From an uncultured Bacilli bacterium (GTDB taxonomy: Bacteria > Bacillota_I > Bacilli_A > RFN20 > CAG-631), in contig CANQTM010000004.1 of the NCBI GenBank assembly GCA_947626825.1, positions 10,074 through 74,073 on the forward strand: 64,000 nt of DNA, in the 5' to 3' direction. Within the stretch, counting starts at the first letter, position 1, and each line of letters starts with the position of its first letter. The notes below the pieces were generated by a model. That model was not told the DNA's origin. It searched no databases and was given only the letters and a program-made list of their open reading frames with translations. Shown here piece after piece: positions 26,491-36,600 of the stretch. Both the position numbers and the translations under genes were made by a program.

Positions 26491-26802
26491 TTAGACACCT
26501 CCATGAATTGTTTTTATGTTTTTTGGATAAGATTTTTCTATTGTTTCAAGTTGAACTAAAATAGTTTGTAAAATAATTTCTATTTTTTCATTGCTTTTAT
26601 TTACTATAACTCCTAGTTCATTTTCTTTTTGAATTAATTCTATATTAGATAATTCACTTTCTAAAGCATTAATACCACCAAACATAATAGCACTAACACC
26701 TGCACAAACTAAATCTTTTCCATACTTATCGAAATTGGCATGACCATTAACAATAAGTTTATTAATTTTGTTACCCATAAATGAAACATTTACAGATATC
26801 AT
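26491..26802 (-). CDS. prp: Ribosomal-processing cysteine protease Prp
   Basis: [18 protein letters not shown] with catalytic Cys-His pattern; located between rplU and rpmA. Confidence 0.8.
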   Translation of the reverse strand: MISVNVSFMGNKINKLIVNGHANFDKYGKDLVCAGVSAIMFGGINALESELSNIELIQKENELGVIVNKSNEKIEIILQTILVQLETIEKSYPKNIKTIHGGV

Positions 26803-26807
26803 ATTAA

Positions 26808-27119
26808 CTAGCCCTCAATACTTGTAATTTCAACTAAAGTATAAGGTTGACGATGTCCTCTTAAGATATCGTGATTAGTTTTATGTTTGTATCTAAATAC
26901 TAAAACTTTTTTTGCTTTACCTTCTTTGACAACTTTGGCTACAACTTTAGCATTTGCAATTGTTGGAGTACCAACTGTAACCTTACCATTATCTCCGATT
27001 AATAAAACTTCATCAAAAACTACTTCACTACCTGCTTCTAAACCTAGTTTTTCAACAAATAATTTAGAACCAACTTCAGCCTTTAATTGTTTTCCGCCTG
27101 TTTTAAAAATTGCGTACAT
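26808..27119 (-). CDS. rplU: 50S ribosomal protein L21
   Basis: MYAIFKTGGKQLKAEVGSKLFVEKL; GGAGGTG RBS. The track ORF starts 24 nt upstream. Confidence 0.9.
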   Translation of the reverse strand: MYAIFKTGGKQLKAEVGSKLFVEKLGLEAGSEVVFDEVLLIGDNGKVTVGTPTIANAKVVAKVVKEGKAKKVLVFRYKHKTNHDILRGHRQPYTLVEITSIEG

Positions 27120-27373
27120 AATAACACCTCCATTAAATAACATTTTAGACTCGCCAGTGAGGTGGATAATTCACTTAAAACCTTTTTTGAGCGGTTGTAC
27201 CCCAAATGTAAAAGGTGCAACACATGTATTTTAGCAAACTACAAATGCCAATGTCAAGAAAAATTACTCATTTCATTCTTAATGTTCTACGAACATTTTG
27301 AGGTTGTTTAAATATTTCATATTTAATTTATTCAATATTTTAATTATTTTTTTCATTTAAAATTAAATATACA

Positions 27374-27640
27374 TTATGAAAATTTAACATCTTTAATAAT
27401 TGCTGTAACTTTATTATCAATATAATATTTTGCTTGGGTCTTAAACATTTGATAATATTTGCCATTTTTATCTAATATAAGTTCATCATGAGAACCAATT
27501 TGAATAATGTTTCCTTTATCAAAAACATCAATTTCATCACAAAAACGACAACTTGATAATCTATGTGAAATATATATTGTTGTTTTGTTATAAGTCATTT
27601 TGTTAAACTGTTCATAAATTTCAAATTTGTCAATTGCCAA
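27374..27640 (-). pseudogene. C-terminal fragment of an ABC transporter ATP-binding protein (H-loop onward)
   Basis: TIYISHRLSSCRFCDEIDVFDKGNIIQIGSHDELI corresponds to the H-loop and C-terminus of ABC ATPases. No Walker A/B or signature motif upstream, and no extended reading frame 5' of it. Confidence 0.55.
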
Positions 27641-27797
27641 TTAAAAAAAAGAAATAATGTCATAGAATCAATAAATAAGCCAATAATATAACAAAATTTC
27701 AAATTAATAAATTAATAACTAACTGTGTTTTATATTATCAAAAAAAGTTAATTTAAACAATAATTTCTTATTAAAAAGTAATGCATATATTTAAGTT

Positions 27798-28394
27798 TTA
27801 TAACGAATCTATATTATAATTAGTAAATTTTAAATATATTTTTTTTAATTTAATTGCAATACAACCACACATGATTCCTAAAATTAAATCTTTTGGTAAT
27901 TCAAATGCCATTGTTGCCAAAATAATTTCTTTTAAAGGTAAAGATTGATTTTCTAAATAAAAATTGTAAATAATATATTTATGAATATATCCACATATAT
28001 AAATAATAATAATTCCTAACAATGAAATTAATATACTTTTAAACATATTCATGTTTTTTATTTTAGATGATAGTATAGAAACTACAAGTCCTGCAAATAT
28101 AAAACCATATATATAGCCAAAACTTGCTTTAAAGATATATGTTATACCACCACCTGCTGCAAAAACAGGTAAGCCTATTAATCCCATAACAACATATAAT
28201 AAAATAATAATTAAACTTCTTTTGATACCTAAAATAAAAGATAATAAAATAACAACCTCTAATTGCAATGTCAAATAATCATCAAATGGCATTGGAATTC
28301 TTATAAACGTGGAAACAATTAATAATGCTTCAAACATTGCACAAAGTGCGATATCTTTAATTAAATTTTTTTTATTCATAGCGTATACTTCCAA
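27798..28394 (-). CDS. bioY: Biotin transporter BioY (ECF S component)
   Basis: Six-TM membrane protein immediately downstream of, and overlapping, birA. Start is either TTG 28394 or ATG 28379. Confidence 0.65.
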   Translation of the reverse strand: MEVYAMNKKNLIKDIALCAMFEALLIVSTFIRIPMPFDDYLTLQLEVVILLSFILGIKRSLIIILLYVVMGLIGLPVFAAGGGITYIFKASFGYIYGFIFAGLVVSILSSKIKNMNMFKSILISLLGIIIIYICGYIHKYIIYNFYLENQSLPLKEIILATMAFELPKDLILGIMCGCIAIKLKKIYLKFTNYNIDSL

Positions 28395-29316
28395 GACTTA
28401 CTTCACCACTTTTTAATATTTCAATTTGATTAAATTCATTTTTTACTATTAGGTGGCCTTCATTATTTATATCAAGTGCTTTAGCATGATAAACATTATT
28501 ATTTTTAATATAAGAAATATTTTTATTTAATATTAAACAATGTTGTTTATAAAAAGAAATTGTATCATTATGATTATTTTCATTAAAAAAATTATTTATT
28601 ATAGTTGCTATTAATAAATTTTTATTGCAATTTTTTATATTTAAAGATGAAGCAATATTTGCTAACTCTTTTGGAAAATCATGCTGGTTTAAATTTATAC
28701 CTATTCCAATAATAATAGTATCAACTTTTAAACTTTCATAATCCATAATTGCTTCTGTTAAAATCCCACAAACTTTTTTATTTTGATAATATAAATCATT
28801 TACCCATTTAACTTGTATTTTTTTATGAAAAATATTTTCAATTGCTTTAATGGTGGCAACTGCAACTTTTATTGTTATTAATGATAAATCAAAATCTTCT
28901 TTAACATTAAAAGAAAAAGAAAAATATATTCCATTTAATGGTGAATAAAAACTTTTACCAGTACGACCTCGACCAGATGTTTGTTTTAAAGCAATACATA
29001 AACAAGGCATTTTATATTCATCAACTATTTTTTTTAAATATGATGATGTTGAATCAATTTCATCAAAAATATCTATATGAAAAGATTTAGTTAAATATTT
29101 TTCAAGATAAGCTTTAGAATAAATATTAATATTTTCTGTTAAATAATATCCTTGATTACTTTTACCACTAATATTGTAGCCATCATTTTTTAAACCATTT
29201 ATTGCTTTCCAAATAGCAGATCTTGAAACATGAAACATATTAGCCATATGTTCACCTGAAATTATTTCATTATTAATTAATGTTTCCAAAACATTATCTT
29301 TTAAACTCATTTTCAA
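28372..29316 (-). CDS. birA: Bifunctional biotin--[acetyl-CoA-carboxylase] ligase / biotin operon repressor BirA
   Basis: N-terminal wHTH (GEHMANMFHVSRSAIWKAINGLKNDGY), GRGRTGKSFYSP biotin-binding loop, KWVNDLY motif. Confidence 0.85.
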   Translation of the reverse strand: MKMSLKDNVLETLINNEIISGEHMANMFHVSRSAIWKAINGLKNDGYNISGKSNQGYYLTENINIYSKAYLEKYLTKSFHIDIFDEIDSTSSYLKKIVDEYKMPCLCIALKQTSGRGRTGKSFYSPLNGIYFSFSFNVKEDFDLSLITIKVAVATIKAIENIFHKKIQVKWVNDLYYQNKKVCGILTEAIMDYESLKVDTIIIGIGINLNQHDFPKELANIASSLNIKNCNKNLLIATIINNFFNENNHNDTISFYKQHCLILNKNISYIKNNNVYHAKALDINNEGHLIVKNEFNQIEILKSGEVSLGSIRYE

Positions 29317-29339
29317 TCACCTTTGAAATCATATCATGA

Positions 29340-29371
29340 TTGTAAACCAAATGCAACAATAAAGTTTACAA
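29340..29371. promoter_or_regulatory. Candidate BirA operator (bioO) upstream of birA-bioY
   Basis: TTGTAAAC-N16-GTTTACAA inverted repeat 37 bp upstream of the birA start, consistent with the Firmicutes BirA box architecture. Confidence 0.55.
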
Positions 29372-29377
29372 TCAATC

Positions 29378-29405
29378 TAAAAAAAAAGAGCAACGAATGC
29401 TCTTT
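29378..29405 (-). terminator. Rho-independent terminator of the upstream ABC exporter operon
   Basis: On the minus strand, AAGAGCAttcgTTGCTCTTTTTTTTT. Confidence 0.5.
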
Positions 29406-29408
29406 ATA

Positions 29409-31307
29409 TTAAGTATTTAAGCCTCTATATTGTGTTTGATAAAGTTTCTCATAAACACCTTTTTTAGCAAGTAATTCTTCATGATTTCCCATTTCCATAA
29501 CTCTTCCTTGATCAAGAACAACAATTAAATCAGCATCTTGAATCGTAGAAAGACGATGTGCAATGATAATTGATGTACGATTTGCCATTAATTTAACCAT
29601 AGCATCTTGGATTTTCTTTTCAGTTCTTGTGTCAACTGAAGAAGTTGCTTCATCTAAAATCAATATTTTTGGATTTGCTAAAACTGCTCTTGCAATTGTT
29701 AATAGTTGTCTTTGACCTTGTGATATATTTGAAGCGCCTTCAGTTAATATAGTTTTTTCTTTTTGAGGCAAACGATTAACAAATTTATAACAATTTGCTA
29801 ATTTTAAAGCATCTTCAAATTCTTCTTGAGTAGCATTTTCCTTACCATATTTAATATTATTTTCTACAGTATCTTCAAATAATACAGCATCTTGTAAAAC
29901 AATTGAAATTGCATCTCTTAAATCTTTTTTTGACATATCATTAATATTAACTCCATCAATTTTAATTGTACCTGAATTAATATCATAAAATCTTAATAAC
30001 AAATTAACAATAGTTGTTTTACCACTACCTGTAGCACCAACTAAAGCAATCTTATGACCGCTTCTTACATCAACAGTAAAATCTTTTAATACAGGTTTGC
30101 CTTCAACATATGAAAAGTTTACATGTTCAAAATCTATTGTTCCTTTCATATTATTTGGATCAAAAGCTACTTTACCATTAAAGTCTTCAACTTCTTCTTC
30201 CATCATTTCAAAGACTCTTTCAGCACCAGCTAAAGCTGTAATTAATGATGAATATAGTGAAGCCATTTCATTAATTGGTCTAGTAAATTGTTTAACAATA
30301 AAAACGAACATAACAACTATATCAATACTTAAAGAGGCACCAAGTAATGTTTTACCAACACCCCAATAAATAAATAAAGCGCCAAAATAGCAAACTAAGA
30401 AATGGCCAACATTACCAATAAAATTCATAATAGGGCCCATTGATCCACCCCAAATTTGTGCTTTAATACCAGTTTTACACAAACGATCAGAAAATTCATT
30501 AAATTCATCTTCTGCTATTTGTTGATGATTATATGCCATTACTGTCTTACAACCTGAAACCATTTCCTCAGTTTGTGAATTTAAAAGTCCTAATATTCTT
30601 TGTTGTTTTGTAAATAATGGCCTCATAAATTTTGACATTAAAAATGTTAATGTAGTTGATAATAATAAAGTTATTAAGGAAACAAGTGTTAATAATGGTG
30701 AGAAAAATAACATAATCACCAAACAACCTATAATTGTTAAAACTCCTGAAACTAAAGATGTAATTGATTGTGATATGGCAATAGCAATATTATCTACATC
30801 ATTTGTCATACGTGACATGATATCGCCATGTTGATGAGTATCAGTATATTTTATAGGAAATTTAACTATTTTTTTAAATAAATCATTTCTCATTTTTTTC
30901 GTCATGCCAACTGATAAATAAGCACTAAGCAATGAAGATAAATATTGAAATATTGTATATAGTAAATAAACACTAACTAAAATCAAAGTAAATGTATAAA
31001 ATTTTTGAATTGAAGGCTCACTTTCCCAAATACCTTTATCAAAATTATAAACACCTAAAGATTTTACAATTTGTTGAATAAAAACATTAGTTGATAATGA
31101 ACATGCAGTATAAAATAAAACTATAACAATTAAACTTATTAAAATTTTTTTAGAATATGAAATATATTTTAATAATTTAAATAATGTACCTTTTAAATCT
31201 TTTGGTTTTTCTTTTAAGCCACCAAAACGACTACCAGGTCCACGGCCGTTGCCTTGTTGCATTTGAATTTCTCTTAATTTTTTATCATCAAGTTTACGTG
31301 TTGCCAT
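29409..31307 (-). CDS. ABC transporter permease/ATP-binding protein (type I exporter half-transporter)
   Basis: Six-TM domain plus NBD with GATGSGKTT, LSGGQRQ-type signature (ISQGQRQLL), ILILDEATS. Confidence 0.85.
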   Translation of the reverse strand: MATRKLDDKKLREIQMQQGNGRGPGSRFGGLKEKPKDLKGTLFKLLKYISYSKKILISLIVIVLFYTACSLSTNVFIQQIVKSLGVYNFDKGIWESEPSIQKFYTFTLILVSVYLLYTIFQYLSSLLSAYLSVGMTKKMRNDLFKKIVKFPIKYTDTHQHGDIMSRMTNDVDNIAIAISQSITSLVSGVLTIIGCLVIMLFFSPLLTLVSLITLLLSTTLTFLMSKFMRPLFTKQQRILGLLNSQTEEMVSGCKTVMAYNHQQIAEDEFNEFSDRLCKTGIKAQIWGGSMGPIMNFIGNVGHFLVCYFGALFIYWGVGKTLLGASLSIDIVVMFVFIVKQFTRPINEMASLYSSLITALAGAERVFEMMEEEVEDFNGKVAFDPNNMKGTIDFEHVNFSYVEGKPVLKDFTVDVRSGHKIALVGATGSGKTTIVNLLLRFYDINSGTIKIDGVNINDMSKKDLRDAISIVLQDAVLFEDTVENNIKYGKENATQEEFEDALKLANCYKFVNRLPQKEKTILTEGASNISQGQRQLLTIARAVLANPKILILDEATSSVDTRTEKKIQDAMVKLMANRTSIIIAHRLSTIQDADLIVVLDQGRVMEMGNHEELLAKKGVYEKLYQTQYRGLNT

Positions 31308-31309
31308 AA

Positions 31310-33055
31310 TTAATCACCTTCTCTTTTCAATTGTGAATTATAAATATCTATATAAACTTCACAATTTTTCAATAAATTTTCATGAGTATCATAAGCAATA
31401 ATGGTTCCACCATCTAAAACAGCAATTTTATCAGCATTTTTAGCTGTGGCCACTCTTTGAGCAACTACAATTCTAGTTGTATCGTTAATATTTTCTCTCA
31501 TTGCTTGATATAGTTTTGCTTCGGTAACTAAATCTAATGCTGATGTTGAATCATCAAATATCAATATTTCTGGTTTTTTAACAATTGCTCTAGCGATTGA
31601 TAATCTTTGTTTTTGACCTCCTGATAATGAAGTTCCTTTTTCCTCAATAAATTCTTCATATTTATCAGGTTTACTTAATATAAATTCTTCAGCTTGAGCG
31701 ATTTTTGCAGCAAGTTGTACTTCTTCATCGCTAGCATCTTCTTTACCCCAGCGAATATTTTCACTAATACTTCCTGCAAATAACTCAGCTTTTTGTAAAC
31801 AAATAGCAATTTTATTTCTTAAATCTTTTTGATTATATTCTTTAACATTGACACCATCAATTAATACTTCACCAGAACTTACATCATAAAATCTAGTTAT
31901 TAGATTAACTAGTGTGGATTTGCCACTACCTGTTGCTCCAACAATTGCTATTGTTTCACCTTTATTTATTTTTAAATTTATGTTTTCTAAAACATAACCA
32001 TTAGCATTGGGATAAGCAAAATTAACATTTTTAAATTCAACAGTACCTTTTTCTTTTAAAGTTGTAACATCTAAATTACCATCGATAATTTCTAGTGGAC
32101 AATCTAAAACTTCATTAATACGTTTTGCTGAAGCACTAGCTCTAGCAATATTTGCAAACATCATACCAAAATTCATTAAAGCAAAACAAATCATTACAAT
32201 ATATGTTGTCGCTTGAGTTATTTCACCAATGGAAATTGTAGGAACATTTCCATTATTAAAAGCATCAGTAATATTAATTCCACCAATTGAATAAATGGCA
32301 ATTTGTGCAAGATAGACAACAATCATAAATAATGGCATTAATAGTGCAAATAATTTATTAACATATAATAAGACATTAGCATAAGCTGAATTTACGTTAT
32401 CAAAACGATTAATTTCATAATCTTCTTTAGAAAATGCCTTAACTACTCTAGCACCTGTAACATTTTCATGTACAACAGTATTTACTTTATCAAGTTTAGT
32501 TTGTAAATTTCCAAAAACTGGGAATGTTTTTCTCATAAAAATAATCATTATAATTATTTCAATTGGCAAGGCAATAGCTAAAATAGCTGCAAATCTTAAA
32601 TCAATATTAATAGTAAAAATAATACCTAAAACAAACATTCCAAACGATCTTACAAACATACGAATCATTTGAGCAATAAAATTTTGAATTTGTGTAATAT
32701 CATTTGTTACTCTAGTAACAAGAGAAGCTGTTGAAAAATCATCAGTTTGGTCATATGATAAACGCATTATTTTTGCAAACACATCTTTTCTTAAATCATT
32801 AGCATATTTACAACTTGCAATATTAGCAAAAACACCAGACAAAATACCACAAGCTACACCAATTAAAACAAAGCCTATCATTACAAGACCAATTGTTTTG
32901 ACTGCATCTGGATTACTTGACTGAATTCCATCATCAATCATTTTTTGCATTTGTTTGGTAATTAGCATATCCATTGCAACTTCACCAATCATAAATAAAG
33001 GTGCCAAAAGTGCAGCCCACCAATATTTTTTTAGATACCTTAATAACTTAAACAT
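31310..33055 (-). CDS. ABC transporter permease/ATP-binding protein (heterodimer partner)
   Basis: Six-TM domain plus NBD with GATGSGKST, LSGGQKQR, ILIFDDSTS. Confidence 0.85.
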   Translation of the reverse strand: MFKLLRYLKKYWWAALLAPLFMIGEVAMDMLITKQMQKMIDDGIQSSNPDAVKTIGLVMIGFVLIGVACGILSGVFANIASCKYANDLRKDVFAKIMRLSYDQTDDFSTASLVTRVTNDITQIQNFIAQMIRMFVRSFGMFVLGIIFTINIDLRFAAILAIALPIEIIIMIIFMRKTFPVFGNLQTKLDKVNTVVHENVTGARVVKAFSKEDYEINRFDNVNSAYANVLLYVNKLFALLMPLFMIVVYLAQIAIYSIGGINITDAFNNGNVPTISIGEITQATTYIVMICFALMNFGMMFANIARASASAKRINEVLDCPLEIIDGNLDVTTLKEKGTVEFKNVNFAYPNANGYVLENINLKINKGETIAIVGATGSGKSTLVNLITRFYDVSSGEVLIDGVNVKEYNQKDLRNKIAICLQKAELFAGSISENIRWGKEDASDEEVQLAAKIAQAEEFILSKPDKYEEFIEEKGTSLSGGQKQRLSIARAIVKKPEILIFDDSTSALDLVTEAKLYQAMRENINDTTRIVVAQRVATAKNADKIAVLDGGTIIAYDTHENLLKNCEVYIDIYNSQLKREGD

Positions 33056-33497
33056 TATTATTATCCTCCTTTAAAGCCATAACTAATTTATTTAAATATT
33101 TTTCAAGATTATTTAGTTCATTTTCTTCTAAAATAGAACTTAATTTATTTTCATTTTTTATAAAAATTTGTTTTAATTTTAGATCAAGTTTTTTACCTTT
33201 TTCAGTTAACTTAACAATTGTTAAACGATTGTCAATATCAGATTTTTCTCTTGAAATCAAATTTTCATTTTCCATTTGTTTTAATAATAATGAAATAGAT
33301 GATTTTTTTAAATGAGTTTTTTCACAAAGCTGTGATTGCGTTAAACCATTTTTATTTTCAAGCAAACTCATAAAAATAAATCTAAATGTTGGATTAATTC
33401 CTAAACTATCAGCTTCTTTTTTTATATTATTCATAAACATTTTATGAACTTCATGAAAACGATAACTTAAAGTTTTTTTATGATTTAATTTATCCAT
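33048..33497 (-). CDS. MarR family transcriptional regulator
   Basis: wHTH (LTQSQLCEKTHLKKSSISLLLKQMENENLISREKS); overlaps the first ABC gene start. Confidence 0.75.
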   Translation of the reverse strand: MDKLNHKKTLSYRFHEVHKMFMNNIKKEADSLGINPTFRFIFMSLLENKNGLTQSQLCEKTHLKKSSISLLLKQMENENLISREKSDIDNRLTIVKLTEKGKKLDLKLKQIFIKNENKLSSILEENELNNLEKYLNKLVMALKEDNNNV

Positions 33498-33569
33498 TTT
33501 TTTCCCTCCTTTAAAATTAGTTTGTTTTAAAACTAACTTTCATTATTATACTACTTTTTTAATAATATG

Positions 33570-33592
33570 CAATTACTTTTTTAAAGTAATTG
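33570..33592. promoter_or_regulatory. Perfect 10-bp-arm palindrome, candidate MarR operator
   Basis: CAATTACTTT-ttt-AAAGTAATTG located about 75-95 bp upstream of the marR start. Confidence 0.4.
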
Positions 33593-33672
33593 TTAGAATA
33601 TAAATCTTTTTTTGCATAAAAAAAGAAACAATTTTTAAGTCTTCTTTAATTGTTTCTTTTAAATTATATTTT

Positions 33673-36600
33673 TTATAGAATTGTCACTGTATTTGTATTT
33701 GGAAAATAACTAGCAGTATATGTTGAACCTGTTGGTAAACAACAAAACCATGTCAAAGGATTACCAGGATCATTATATAAATTTCTTGTCCAATCGGCAC
33801 TGTCTACTAAAACAACAGCACCTTTAAAAATAGATGTTTCTTTTGTTAAAATTGTTTGATTGTTTTCAGAATCTGTATAAAGGAATTGAACATATCCATA
33901 TTCTCTATTAATTGTAAATGTAATATCCCATGAACCTTTAAAGCCATTCCATACGGCGACATTATTAATTTTTCCATCTACTCTTGCAATAAATGATTGA
34001 CCAATTTTTGAAGCTGCAAATGTAAATTCTTCTGAATTTTCATTATGATAAATAAGTGATTTATAATTAGTTTCATCAATTGTCCATTCTATAACAAGAT
34101 AATATGAATGTGATAACAAATTATATGTTGGTACTGAAATTGTAAAGCCTGTTTTATTATCTAAAGGCGAAATTGTTGTTGTAAATGTTAAATTATCATC
34201 GGTAATTACATATGCTTCATTTGCAACATTTTTTGATGTTACAGTGATATTTTCATCTGTGGCATTTATATTAGAAAACATATCTTTATCTGTAGAACCA
34301 TATGTGGCTTCCGTATAATTTTCTAATGATTTTAATTCATTTATTTTTTCATCTTTAGAAAGATTTGTATCTACATAACTTGCTGTACCATTTACAATGT
34401 GTATTTGTGGAACACCATTAACATCTATTAATTCAACTTTAACATTGTCAAATGTTCCATTTTGACTTGCAGTATTAAAATCATTTGTTATTTTATTATA
34501 AAGATTTTTGCCAAACACTTCAGCCCATAATAATTTCATTTCTTTGCTTTCTCTTGAACCTGTGATAACAAAGCCATCTGTTGGAACTAGTGTTTCAAAA
34601 TCACCATATTGTAAATTTGGATTCCTTTCTTCATTTGTATTACCTGAAGCAAACCATTCACCGTATGTACTATAATTAGGCCCTAATGCAAAGAAATCCC
34701 CAACTATTTTGCCTTTATTTACACTTGTTGATTTTGGAATAATAACATTTCCATCTTTTGTTCCTGAATAGAAATCATCAGATGGTGTGGCATATCCTGC
34801 TCTTAATCCTGAAGATGCATATATGATTTTTCCATCATTATCTACAGCAATAACATTTTCTAAACCTTGAGTGTTAAATGTATGTCTACCTGTTGCAAAA
34901 TCATATTTTGATACATTTGGATTTTTTTTATCATCTGTATAAACTGTAATATCAGTTTTTGCAGTTAAACATGATTGATTATATGAAGCTAGATAATTTC
35001 CATCTTCTAAAGAAGGAACATAAACTTTAACAAATTTTTTATCTTTATCATAATATATTCTAGTTTCTTGTGATATAGCCAAATTTCTTGTATTAAGATT
35101 ATATGATAATTCACTAACTACATTATTTGTTATTGCCATTACTAAACTTGTAGCAGAAGTATCATAACTTGTAATTAAGAAACCACCTTCTGGTGCATGA
35201 AGTTCAAATTTTGTGTTTTCTTCTAATATATTAAATGAAGGATTATTGTGATAATCATCAGATGCATAATCTGGATGTGTATAATATTTAGTTCCACTTG
35301 GCTCTCCATAACCATTTGCAGGATTATAAACAAAATAAGCAATTTTACCTTCATTATCAACAATAAGAATTGTTCTTTCGCCAACGCCATCTATAGCATA
35401 TGAAGTAGTCCAATCTTCATTAATTACAATTGTTGAATCATCAATAACTGTAAATTTTGAATCAGTTTCTAAACTTAAAACATCAATAGTTCCTGATAAT
35501 CCCATATGAGGTGGCAAATTTTTCCATGCTGCATAATCAAACACAGCTTTATATTTAGCATCTTCTTTTCCTACTTCTATTTCAAAATCAATTTCATCTG
35601 AAACTTCTTCCCAAGTTGATTCAGTTTCATTCCATTTTTCCCAATGTGAAAATTCATAATCTTGATTAGGTATTTTAGGAGTTAATGTAACTTTATTTCC
35701 TGTTGCATGGAAGAATTTTTCTGATTCTAATTCTCCTTTATCGCCATCTACATCAACTTCAATATTGTAATATCTTGAAATATCATCAGATGTTGCAACT
35801 ATTGCTTGAACAGTAGTATTATTACATACAATAGCACATGTTACATCAACCATGTCACCAACTGTTACTGTATCAGGAAATGTTGTTTTATACAAATTCA
35901 TTGTAAATTCTTTTGAATCCTCAACTAATTTAATTGTTGATGTTCCAGTAGCATCAATTGATACTACTTTTGCGCCAACAACTTTAATTACTTTATAGTT
36001 GTTATCAACTTTCCAAACATCTTTAGCTTCATTAATTGTTTTTATAGTTGTTGCATCTTCTGGTTTTAATTGACCAAAGGCATCTAGTTTTAAAACAGAT
36101 GTTGCATTTACTGTTAAATAACCATTTGTTGTTGTTTTTGTACCATTTACAACAATTGTATCTCCAACTTTATAATCTTTAGTTATAGTTTCATCATTAA
36201 CTAAAACAGATTTATGATTTTCATCAACAATGATAACAGTATTTCCACCACTATAACTTACTACTCCTTTTAGATTTTCAAATGTTGATGAATCGTCTAA
36301 TGTAGCAATATCATCAGTTGTAATATAAGTAGTCACTTTATCATCATCTGTTGAAGTAAATGCTTTGGCATATGTATCCTTTTCTTGATAACCTGAATCA
36401 TCAACTATTTCATCTGTGGTTCTTTCTTTTACTGAAAGTTTACGAGTCCCATCAGTATCTTCAACAATTGACAAATAGAATTTGTTAAATGTTTTTGCAG
36501 GTGTTAAACCTAAGAAATTATTTGTAGCTCCTGAAGGTAAAATAGTCATTTGATCAGTTACAACATTAGGCCTTAATTGACGACATAAATCAACAAACGT

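Noticed and set aside
27120-27300. Possible ribosomal-protein leader (L21 leader) upstream of rplU
   Set aside because: A GC-richer segment exists here, but I cannot match it to the known L21-leader secondary structure from sequence alone. It is not reported as a feature.
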